DNA of 64,000 nucleotides from Chthoniobacteraceae bacterium (GTDB taxonomy: Bacteria > Verrucomicrobiota > Verrucomicrobiia > Chthoniobacterales > Chthoniobacteraceae): NCBI GenBank assembly GCA_040081625.1, contig JBEBGD010000004.1:1-64000 (forward strand), given 5' to 3'. The position numbers and the translations under genes were made by a program. The notes under the pieces were generated by a model, which did not search any database, was not told where the DNA came from, and worked only from the letters and a program-made list of their open reading frames with translations. Shown here piece after piece: positions 17,752 through 27,100 of the stretch (within the stretch, counting starts at the first letter, position 1; every line of letters starts with the position of its first letter).

Positions 17752-19260
17752 GTGCCTCAGGTATTCACCGCCCTCCAGGGAGCACTCGTCGAGTGTGCCC
17801 TGGCGCTCGTCCTCTTCTTCATCCTCCTCGCGCTCGGCCGCTGGCTGAAACGCCGGCAGGGCGTGTCGCTGGGATTCGCCTACATGCTTTTCAGCCTCTG
17901 CGTCGCCGCCTACGTGCCGGCGAATGTGCTGATGATCGAGCTGCCGCAACACGCGTCGGTGATGCGGCACCTGCGCGCAGGCATCCTCATCCTCGGCACG
18001 CTCGTGGCCATCGCGCTGTTTCACCGGTTCTTTTGGGAGCTGTGGTTCGAGCGGCACCAGCGCTCGAAGGCGCCGAAGTTCCTCTCGCAGGTCGTTGGCC
18101 TCATCCTCTTCGTCGCCGCGGTGCTCATCGCGCTCGGCGGCATCTACGGCGTCTCGATCCAGGGCGCGGTGCTCGGCTCCACGGTCGTCGTCGGCGTCAT
18201 CGGCTTCGCGATGCAGGATTTGCTCGGCAACATCATCGCCGGCATTTCGATCGAGATCGGCAAGCCCTTCCGCGTCGGCGACTGGCTCATCGTGGACACG
18301 AAGCGGGTCGAGGTCATGGAGGTCAACTGGCGCTCCACGCGCTGCCGCGACAACGACCACGTCTATTACGACATCCCGAACCGGCACATCGTCGGCACCA
18401 CGATCACGAACCTCACGTTCCCCGATCGCACCCACGGCATCCGCATCCGGGTCAACTTCGAATACGGCGTGCCGCCCAACCAGGTGAAGGACTGCCTCAA
18501 GCACGCCGCGCTCACCGCCGAGGGCGTCGTCACCTCGCCCGAGCCGCGCGTCTTCCTGCGCGAGTTCGCCGACAGCGCGATCGTCTATGAGATCCGCTTC
18601 TGGATGGAAGACGAGAGCCGCTACAACCCCATCTGCGACGCCGTGCGCACGAACATCTGGTATGAAGCCCAGCGCGCCGGGCTGACCATCCCCTTCCCCA
18701 TCCGCACGCTGCAAATCCAGCGACCGAAGATCGACAAACGCGATGCGCTCGAGATCGCGCGCACTTCCCTGCGGCGGCAGCCCTTTCTCCAGCTCCTCAG
18801 CTCGACCCAGCTCGACCGCCTGCTCGCCAACGCGAAGCTGCTGCGCTTCGGTCGCGGCGAACACATCATCGAGCAAGGCGCCGAGGGCCGCTCCATGTTC
18901 ATCCTCGTGCATGGCCAGGCCGAGGTCTTCGTCCACATCGGCACCGAGGAAAAGCACGTCGCCACGCTGCGCGACGGCGACTACTGCGGCGAGATGAGCC
19001 TGCTCACGGGCGAACCGCGCACCGCCACCGTCCAGGCCCGCACCGACTGCGAGACGTGGGAGATCGGCAAGGAAACGCTCGCCGGCATCCTCGCCGAAAA
19101 CCAAAACCTGCTCGAGCGCCTCTCGGAGATCCTCGCCCAGCGAAAGATGGAAGTGGACGGCGTCATCGAAGCCTCGATGGCCGAGGACGAGAAGACCCAG
19201 ACCGTGGCCCGCTACAAGGACGGCTTCCTGCGGCGGCTCTATGGGTTCTTCGAGCTTTAA
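17752..19260 (+). CDS. MscS-family mechanosensitive channel with C-terminal cyclic nucleotide-binding domain
   Basis: Start reset to GTG 17752 (approximate); several TM helices, GFAMQDLLGNIIAG, PFRVGDW, EVNWRST; cNMP motif GEMSLLTGEPRTATV. Confidence 0.9.
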   Translation: MPQVFTALQGALVECALALVLFFILLALGRWLKRRQGVSLGFAYMLFSLCVAAYVPANVLMIELPQHASVMRHLRAGILILGTLVAIALFHRFFWELWFERHQRSKAPKFLSQVVGLILFVAAVLIALGGIYGVSIQGAVLGSTVVVGVIGFAMQDLLGNIIAGISIEIGKPFRVGDWLIVDTKRVEVMEVNWRSTRCRDNDHVYYDIPNRHIVGTTITNLTFPDRTHGIRIRVNFEYGVPPNQVKDCLKHAALTAEGVVTSPEPRVFLREFADSAIVYEIRFWMEDESRYNPICDAVRTNIWYEAQRAGLTIPFPIRTLQIQRPKIDKRDALEIARTSLRRQPFLQLLSSTQLDRLLANAKLLRFGRGEHIIEQGAEGRSMFILVHGQAEVFVHIGTEEKHVATLRDGDYCGEMSLLTGEPRTATVQARTDCETWEIGKETLAGILAENQNLLERLSEILAQRKMEVDGVIEASMAEDEKTQTVARYKDGFLRRLYGFFEL

Positions 19261-19988
19261 GCGCTAGCCTCCACCACCGACCGCTGCGCCGCGATCAACT
19301 CCGCGATCCCCTTCCTCGCCAGCGCCAGCATCGCCGCCAGCTCCTCCTCCGCAAACGTGCTCTCCTCGCCCGAGCCCTGCACCTCCACAAAGCGCCCGTC
19401 GTCAGTCATCACCACATTCATATCCACCGCCGCGTCCTTGTCCTCGACGTAGTTAAGATCGAGCGCCGCCGCGCCGCCCACCATCCCCACGCTCACCGCG
19501 CCCACGAAATTCTTGATCGGCAGCTTCTTGATCTTCTTCTCGGCAAGCAGCCGCTTCCCCGCCAGCGCCACCGCCACGCACGCGCCCGTGATCGCCGCCG
19601 TCCGCGTCCCGCCATCGGCCTGCAGCACATCGCAATCGACGCAAATCGTCCGCTGCCCGAGCGCGTCGAGATCGATCACCGCGCGCAGCGAGCGGCCGAT
19701 GAGCCGTTGAATCTCGATGCTGCGTCCGTCAGGCCGGCCCTTGCTGCTGTCGCGCTGCTTCCGCTCGAGCGTCGAGTAAGGCAGCATCGAATACTCCGCC
19801 GTCACCCACCCGCCCGGCACATTCTGCATCTTCATCCAGCGCGGAACCTCCTCCTCGACCATCGCGCTACAAATCACGCGCGTATTCCCAAAGCACGAAA
19901 GCACCGACCCAGTGGCGTGCGGCGCGAAGCCGGGAGTGAAGGAAATCGGGCGGAGTTGATCGGCAGCGCGACCGTCGGGACGAGGCAT
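19257..19988 (-). CDS. rph: ribonuclease PH
   Basis: RPDGRAADQLRP, GWVTAEYSMLP, GRSIEIQRLIGRSLRA, DCDVLQADGGTRTA, DMNVVM, EVQGSGE; start reset to MPRPDGR. Confidence 0.96.
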   Translation of the reverse strand: MPRPDGRAADQLRPISFTPGFAPHATGSVLSCFGNTRVICSAMVEEEVPRWMKMQNVPGGWVTAEYSMLPYSTLERKQRDSSKGRPDGRSIEIQRLIGRSLRAVIDLDALGQRTICVDCDVLQADGGTRTAAITGACVAVALAGKRLLAEKKIKKLPIKNFVGAVSVGMVGGAAALDLNYVEDKDAAVDMNVVMTDDGRFVEVQGSGEESTFAEEELAAMLALARKGIAELIAAQRSVVEASA

Positions 19989-20069
19989 GGTGCCGAAGCT
20001 TTCGGTCGAAAGCGAAGCGAAGGAAGAGAAAACGTCGGGCATGGGGAACTCTGATCGCAGTCGTTACGG

Positions 20070-20333
20070 CTACTCGCGATAAACGTCCTTGCGATGCTTC
20101 ACCCGCTGAATCTCGACAATCCGCGAGTCGGCGAGGACCTCGTAGATAACGCGGTAATCTCCGACGCGAACCCGGTAGGTCCGCTCGGAGCCGGAAAGCT
20201 TTTGGGAGCCGTGCGGCAGAGGGTTCGCGGCAAGTTCGCCGACCGCGGAAACGACCCGGGCCACCTCCTGGCGCGGCAGGCTCCGAAGGTCTTTTTTAGT
20301 CGAACTGCGCCATCGAATCTCAAAGGATTCCAT
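20070..20333 (-). CDS. type II toxin, RelE/ParE family
   Basis: 87 aa; NPLPHGSQKL.G....YRVRVGDYRVIY....V.HRKDVY. Confidence 0.92.
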   Translation of the reverse strand: MESFEIRWRSSTKKDLRSLPRQEVARVVSAVGELAANPLPHGSQKLSGSERTYRVRVGDYRVIYEVLADSRIVEIQRVKHRKDVYRE

Positions 20334-20508
20334 CGCGCTTGAGTTCGGCGAGGAACTGGTCGTGAGGGATCACCGGTTCGTCGCGCCGCTCGGCGACGAT
20401 GGCCATGTCCTCCAAATCCTCGATGAGCTGCTCGTAGTCTTTAATGGAAAGGACGACAGCCGTGCGCTCGCCGTGCTCATCGGTGATGTATTGGACTGCC
20501 TGGCTCAT
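20320..20508 (-). CDS. antitoxin partner of the RelE toxin
   Basis: 62 aa acidic protein (YITDE.G.RTAVVL..DYE.L.EDLED) upstream of and overlapping the toxin. Confidence 0.85.
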   Translation of the reverse strand: MSQAVQYITDEHGERTAVVLSIKDYEQLIEDLEDMAIVAERRDEPVIPHDQFLAELKRDGIL

Positions 20509-20594
20509 GAAAGGAGGCTACGCGGTCATATCCGAATGTCGAGTGATCGAGCCACACCAGGGTCGGACGCTTCAGGATCTGAGGTGGAAGAGGC

Positions 20595-21074
20595 CTAGGC
20601 GTCGCGGATGTAGTGCTTCCAATCATCCGATTCGGCTGTGGCTTTGATCACTCTGTTGCGCTCGACAAGGAAAACTCTCATGTAGCGCGTGAGGATGAGA
20701 GAGTCGGCGATGCGACCAAGCAGGCCGAGAGGCGACTGGAAGTTGAACACGTCGCGCATAATGGTGGCGTTGTCCGCCTGCTCGAAATAGTGGCGATGCT
20801 CCATGCGGCAGAACGCACCGCGCAGCATGGCGTCGGCGAAGTGAGTCGGACGATCAAACGCGGTGACGCGAACCGTGAGCGACTGCCACACGCCGAAATG
20901 TCTCGCAAGCCAGGTGACCTCTTGGTTGAGGCCAATGAGACCGGATGTGATGCCTGCAACTGCACGCTCGCCAGTGCTCGATGCCGAGTCGGTATGGAGG
21001 TCGACGCTCCGAGCCAAGTCGAAGACGCGCTCAATAGGGGCGGCGATAGAAGTAACGAGTTCAATGACAGGCAT
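20595..21074 (-). CDS. SRPBCC family protein
   Basis: I.APIERVFDL.RSVDLH, VTW.ARHFGV, F.D.M.RGAF, H.H.F, RD.F.F.SPLG. Confidence 0.85.
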   Translation of the reverse strand: MPVIELVTSIAAPIERVFDLARSVDLHTDSASSTGERAVAGITSGLIGLNQEVTWLARHFGVWQSLTVRVTAFDRPTHFADAMLRGAFCRMEHRHYFEQADNATIMRDVFNFQSPLGLLGRIADSLILTRYMRVFLVERNRVIKATAESDDWKHYIRDA

Positions 21075-21152
21075 TGCAGGGCTCCGTTCTCAGGCAACGC
21101 CAATCGACGCTTTCCAGACAACGCGAACTCACTGCCGCGCAGGCTTCGCTGC

Positions 21153-24146
21153 TCATTTCGGCTCGTCGCCCTGCCGCTTCCGTTTCCGCGCGAGCAAACG
21201 CTCTGTGGTCGATTGAGCTTCGCAGCCGGGCTCCTCGGCGGGCGGCGGCACGGGTCGTTCGGTTCTCGGCGCAGCCGGGCGCACAGTCGCAACGATCGGC
21301 GGCGGGCGCTCGGCTCTCGGTTCGTCGAGGTGTTCCTTCACCTGCGCCTTTCGCTGGAGCAGCGCGCCCATCGTGTCCGTGGACGCCGCGCGGCGCGGGC
21401 GGAACCAGCCGAGGATCACATCCCAGTCGAGCTGCACGCGGCGCACCGCGACATCGAGCGGCACGAGCAGGCACAGCGCGAGCAGGAACCAATCGAACAC
21501 CGGGCGCGAGCTTTCGCGCGTCACGCGCGGCGGGTGGAAAAGCTCCACATCCGCCGGCGTCAGCAGCCGCCCGCCGGTGCGCTCGGCGATTTGTTTGAGC
21601 AGGATCGGATCGCTATTGAAACGCAGATACTCCGCGGAATACGGAACCGCGAATCCACCCAGCGCCTGCTCGTTGCGCTCCTTCCCGCCCGCGCTTCCCG
21701 TCCCCGCCGCCATCACTTGATAGCGACCCTTTCCCCACAACGGAAAGACGGCCTGATAGCGACGCGGCGCGATCTGCCTGAGCGGCACGGTGATCGTCTC
21801 GCCCCGCGGCCCGGCGACACGCGCGGAGAGATCGAGGAAGGATTCATCCCTCGCGAAATCCTCGACGCTGATGACCCCCTGCCCACCGCTCGCAAACGCG
21901 CGCAGATGCAAGTCGCTCTTCTGCTCCACCCGCGAAACCTCCTGCGCGAGTTGCTTCACGAACGCGTTAAACTTTTCCCAATCCACCCAATCCGCGGCCC
22001 AGTTGCGCGCGAGATCGCTCGTCCACGCCGCAGTCGCACCCAGCCCGAAGCGCCACGTGGCGAAGACGGGATCGATCTGATCGGCTTCCTCCGCTTTCTC
22101 CGGCGGCGCACGCAGGATCAGTTTCGCCCGCGGCTTGATCGTCGTGAGCACCAGGCCGCGCAGCGGCGGCACGGCGTCGATACCCTTGAGCGCCTGCGAA
22201 TCGGGCAACTCGATCGTCGGCGTGAAGACGCGGTTTTGCAGCATCGAGCGCTTCAGCGTCTTCGCCTCCTTGATGAAGATGCTCGGCAGCAGCGACGGAT
22301 CCTGCGGGAAATAGTAACGCCCGCCGGTGACTTGCGCGACCGACTCCATCTTGCTGATGTCCTGCCCGCCGTGCGGATTGATCGCGATCATCGACACGCT
22401 CACCTTCGCATCCACGAAGCCCTGCACGGTCTGCGGAGTCGGCGGCGAGGGATCGCCATCGGAGATGACGATCGTGTGTTTGACCGACGCATCGCTCGCT
22501 TTGAGCGCGCTCAGCGCGAGCGCCATGCCCGGCTCAAACGCCGGCATGTCGCCCGGCGAGGCTTTATTGATCGCAATCGCCAGCTTCTCGTATTCACCCG
22601 CCGGCGTGAGCGGGAAGACCCAGTTCATCCCGTTGTTCGTCGCATTCCCGCCCCACTCGAAATCGAGCAGCCCGACTTCATCCTGTGCGCCCAGCACGCG
22701 GATGGCTTCCTTCGCAATGCGCTTGGCCCACGTGTTGCCCTCGGCGAATTCGCACGTGTGCAGGATGATCACGAGCGCGCCCTTCGGCAGCACCTTCTTC
22801 TGCGTCGTGTCCATCGTCACCGGCAGCACTTCCTCGACCGCGCTGCGGTGATAGCCACCCGGACCGTAGCTGTTCGGCCCGCCGAGCATCACGAAGCCCG
22901 TGCCCTGGTGGTAGACTGCGTCGCGCAAGCTCTGGAGCTGCTGCGGATCGAACTCGTCCGCGGGCACGTTCGGGAAAATCACGAGATCGTAAGGCAGCAG
23001 CGAGAGCGAATCTCGCGGGAACTCGTAGGCGAAGCGCGTCTGCACGATGCGCTCGCTGGCTTTGAGTGCGTCGGAGAGCGGCTGCCAATCGCGCGCATCG
23101 CCGCGGCTCGCGCTGACGATGAGCACCTTCCCCTCTCCGCGCAAAAACAAGTCCCCGACCGCGACGTTGTTCTCCTTCCACCCGTCCTCGCCCGTGAGCG
23201 GCTCGATCGTGGCGACGTATTCGTAATAGCCCGGCTCGCGCAGGTAGAGCGGCAGTGAGTAGCGGTTCTTTCCCGCGGTGTAATCAACCGGCTTCTCGAA
23301 AATCACCTTCCCGTTCTCCTGCAAGCGCAGCGTGCCGCGTCCGGACGCGAGCGAGTTGAGCAGCACGCTCGCCTCGTAAGTCTCGCCCTGCTTCACGACG
23401 CGCGGCAGGTCGAGCCGTTCGAGCCAGACTTCCTTTTCGTAGTCGAAGCCGATCGGCAACACATCGACGGCAACGCCGCGCGCCTTCAACTCGTCGAGCA
23501 TCGCGACGACCGAGCCGTCAGTTTCGTTCCCGTCGCTCACGAGCACGATGCGGCCCTGGTTGGCTTCCGGCAGCATCGCCGCCGCGAGGCCGAGGCCCTT
23601 CGCGAGATCGGAGCCGTCTTTCGCGATGCGCGAGTTGATCGTCTCGAACGGGAACGCCGCGCGCGGCGGCAACTCGACCGCCGCATCGCGCCCGAAGACC
23701 ACAAGCCCCGCCTCGTCTTTCTCCGGCTTTTTCTGCACCGTCTCCATCACCCACGAGAGCGCCTTGTCGCTCACCTTTTCCCCCATCGAATCGGAGACAT
23801 CGAGCGCATAGACGATCGAGAGAGTGTCCGACTTCCGCACCGCGCGCGGCTCCGCGAGCAGCAGCACGAACAAACCGACAAGTGCGAGCCGGACGAATAG
23901 CGCGACTGTCGCCCGCACGCCCCCAAGCCCCGAGCCGCCCGCGTGGTGCAGCCACCAAAACCAAGGCGCGACCGCGATGAACCAAAGCGAATTTGGCCGA
24001 GTGAAACGCAAGACGCCGCGCCATTCCAAGGCGACGACGATGAGGAGGAAGAGGACAAGGAAGACCAGCAGCGGCGCGAGCGCGCGCCACGTCACACCAC
24101 GACGCGAGCCGGGGAATAGAGCGCGTAAGAGTTGAAGTGGACGCAC
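21153..24146 (-). CDS. membrane-anchored protein with two VWA domains and glutamine amidotransferase-like domains
   Basis: Start reset to GTG 24146; ALDVSDSMG MIDAS, IVLVSDGNET, MLGGPNSYGPGGY, IVISDGDP, W.FGLG..AAWTSD. Confidence 0.82.
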   Translation of the reverse strand: MRPLQLLRALFPGSRRGVTWRALAPLLVFLVLFLLIVVALEWRGVLRFTRPNSLWFIAVAPWFWWLHHAGGSGLGGVRATVALFVRLALVGLFVLLLAEPRAVRKSDTLSIVYALDVSDSMGEKVSDKALSWVMETVQKKPEKDEAGLVVFGRDAAVELPPRAAFPFETINSRIAKDGSDLAKGLGLAAAMLPEANQGRIVLVSDGNETDGSVVAMLDELKARGVAVDVLPIGFDYEKEVWLERLDLPRVVKQGETYEASVLLNSLASGRGTLRLQENGKVIFEKPVDYTAGKNRYSLPLYLREPGYYEYVATIEPLTGEDGWKENNVAVGDLFLRGEGKVLIVSASRGDARDWQPLSDALKASERIVQTRFAYEFPRDSLSLLPYDLVIFPNVPADEFDPQQLQSLRDAVYHQGTGFVMLGGPNSYGPGGYHRSAVEEVLPVTMDTTQKKVLPKGALVIILHTCEFAEGNTWAKRIAKEAIRVLGAQDEVGLLDFEWGGNATNNGMNWVFPLTPAGEYEKLAIAINKASPGDMPAFEPGMALALSALKASDASVKHTIVISDGDPSPPTPQTVQGFVDAKVSVSMIAINPHGGQDISKMESVAQVTGGRYYFPQDPSLLPSIFIKEAKTLKRSMLQNRVFTPTIELPDSQALKGIDAVPPLRGLVLTTIKPRAKLILRAPPEKAEEADQIDPVFATWRFGLGATAAWTSDLARNWAADWVDWEKFNAFVKQLAQEVSRVEQKSDLHLRAFASGGQGVISVEDFARDESFLDLSARVAGPRGETITVPLRQIAPRRYQAVFPLWGKGRYQVMAAGTGSAGGKERNEQALGGFAVPYSAEYLRFNSDPILLKQIAERTGGRLLTPADVELFHPPRVTRESSRPVFDWFLLALCLLVPLDVAVRRVQLDWDVILGWFRPRRAASTDTMGALLQRKAQVKEHLDEPRAERPPPIVATVRPAAPRTERPVPPPAEEPGCEAQSTTERLLARKRKRQGDEPK

Positions 24147-24195
24147 GGCGATGAAATGCGCAGGGAGCCGTGGCGCCGTCAATCGCCGCGGCGGA

Positions 24196-27100
24196 TTAGA
24201 ACCCGTCGGCGGGTGCGCCTTCACACACGCCCAGCCACGCTTGCGCCCTCTGCTGGTCGTCCGGCAGCGAACCGATCCATGCATGCACCTCCGGTGTTCG
24301 ACCATCGAGCACGAACCGCCGCGCGACACTGCGCTGCACACGAGCGCGATCCCACAGCGCCTCAGTCAGAGCCGCACCCGTGAGCCCGTCACCGAGACGG
24401 ATTCGCGACGCGATGGACACGAGTTCTTCGAGCGGGCCCACCGCGAGGAACCCGCGCAAAGTCTTGAAAAACTCCTCTTCCTGATACGAGTCGCTGATCG
24501 CGTGCGCGAAGGTGGGATCGAGCAGGGGATCCTCCGCGATGAGAAAATCGACGATCTTCCTGCGAGCCAGCGGCAGGGGAAGTGGCGGGACGGGACGCTT
24601 CTCCGCATCGGCAGCGGCGCTCCACGCGTCGAACGTCTCCTGCGAGGGCTTCGAGAGTCCCTCAATCGCGAAGTTGAACAGGGAGGGATTTGAGAATTTG
24701 CGCGATGAAGTCCGCAGGTGATTCTCGGCCATGCGCAGTGTTTCCTCCGCTGCTGCGCGATCGCCTGCCTTGGCCTGACGGGAGGCGATCGCTTCCCAAA
24801 AATTCGCGAGTTGCGCGGGCGCGACGGAGAGCTGGCTGCCGGTGGTGGTTTCCTTGACCAGGTCGCGCGCGGTGTCGAAGCGACCGGCCTCGGCGTTGAA
24901 GACAGCGAGCCGTCCGCGTGTCCAAAACCGATCCTGAAGCGGCACGGAACTAATGTAAGCCCGTGCCTTGTCGAAGCGGCGCGTCGCCAGGGCCGCGTCG
25001 TTGAGCCGGGTCGTGGTGGCCGAAGCGAGCGCGGCAAGCGCCTGCGCGGAGTTGTTCGCAGCGCTGTTCTCCTTCCAGCAATTCGCCCAATTCTTGAGCG
25101 AGGGCACGAGCTTCTCCGCGAGCGTCAGCCATTCGGCGATCGTCGAGGATTGCAGGCTCAACTCGTCCGACAGCGTGAAGCCGACGTAGGCGCTGAAACG
25201 CGCATTCGGGCTCTTGATGCGTTCGATCATGCGCAGCGCATCGCTTTCATTGCGCGCCCGCGCGTAGGCAAACGCGATCACGCGGCAGGCGGTATCGAAG
25301 TCGCCCGTGCCCGCCGCAATCGGGAGCTGATCCAGCAGCGCCGACGCACGTTCAAGGAGGCCGCCCGTGACGGCGGCGCTGATCGCTTCACGCGTGAGGC
25401 TCTGGCGCAACGACGCGTCGGGCAGCTTTGCGATGTGCGCGAGCGCGCGGTCGAGCGCCTGCTCGGGAGCGGTCGCCGGCCCGGTTGTCCCCGCCCACGC
25501 GGGGCGCTGCGGCGCAGACGCCGCCTTCGGCAACTCCCATGGCGCCGCGGAGCCTGCGCGATCGAGCCCGGCGAGCAGCGCCGCAGCGAGGCCTTTCCAA
25601 AACAGCGACTGTTGCTTCCCCGGGTCGAGCACCGCGAGAAATGCCGCGGTCCGTTCATCCTTGCCGCGGCGGAACAACGCACCCGCAGCGTGGGCGATGT
25701 GCGATTCGTCGGCGATGCCCTTGAGCTTGCGGCACCAGCGCGCGGCATGTTCGTGCTCGCCCGCAGCGGCGAGTCCGGCCACGAGATTCACCAACTCGGT
25801 CGGCGGCACCGCACCGGGCCGCGACGCGTGGAGTTTGTCGAGTTCGGCGAGCTTGTCCTCCCATTTCAACCACGCGGCGCAAAGGTAAAGTTCGTCGAAG
25901 GAGTAGGCTGACAGCTTCGGGTCGGCGAACTCCTTGCGAGTCTCGGCAAAGTGCTCCTCCCAGATCGTCGTGGCGGGTGCGGTCAGCCCAAGTTCACTCA
26001 GCAGCACGAGGTTCGTTCGACCGAGCCCGGCGACGCTGAAGATCGACGTGTCCTTCGGCGGCGCCCATTCCTCGGCGGGCACCTCGGCCAGCAACGCGCG
26101 CGCTTGTGCATCCTCCCCGCGTGCCAGGTGCGCGGTGCCCAGCGCGGCGAGCCATTCGTGTTTCTTCGCCGTCGCGCTGCTCCCGCACACGTGGGCCACG
26201 AGAGCACCTGCCTGCGCGAGATGCCCGTCGGCGAGCAGTTGCGTGAAAAGGTATTGAAACCGGTGGGGCGCACCCTCGCTGCGGCGGGCGATCTCCAGCG
26301 CGGCAATCAGATCGCGACGCTCGCGGAAATGAGCGATCCACGAGTCGGCGGAGTTTTCATCGAGCATGACGCCCGCCGGCGCCTCGCGCAGCGCACGGAG
26401 CGCGGCATCGGTTTCCCCGCGCACGAACGCCCTGCGCGCCGGCAGCAGCGCCGCCTGCGGTGTCGCCGTCTCGATCGCCTTTCGACACGCCTTCAGATTG
26501 TAGTCGTCGCTCGCTTTCACGAGTGCCGCGAACTTCTTCGCCAGATCCGGCTCGCCGTCGCGCGCAGCGGCGGCCACCAGCCGCGAGACCGAGTAAGGTT
26601 CGACCGCACCCGGCACCCGGGCTGCGGTGAACAAGGCGTCGTGATACTCGTGCGTGGTCTGCGAGTCGGGCAGGAAAAGCACCGGCGGGATTTGCTCGAT
26701 CGGCCGCATTCGCGTCTTTGTGCTCTTCATCGCCGAGATGCGGCCGAGGTAGCTTCGGAAGAATTGCGTTCTTTCCGTATCGGGCATCTTCGCGACCAGC
26801 ACGGCGAGATCGAAAGCCCCGCCGTCCGGAGCGGCGAGGAGTCCGTCGAGCGCGAGCTTTCGCAGCCCGGCGCCGAGCGCGGCGTCCTGCGCTTCGACCG
26901 CCGGGAGCACTTGGAAAACGAAGCTCGCGCGATCGCCACCGGTGAACCTCCCGACCGCATTTTCGATCGCGGGAAGCAGTTGTCGCCGTTGTTCCGGGGC
27001 GAGGGCTGCCAGCTCCAGCGCATTCGCGAAGAGGCCGCCCGCACTGGCGGGCGCCGCGTCCGCCGCTTTCACGAATGCCGCCCAAAGCTCCAGCAGCCGG

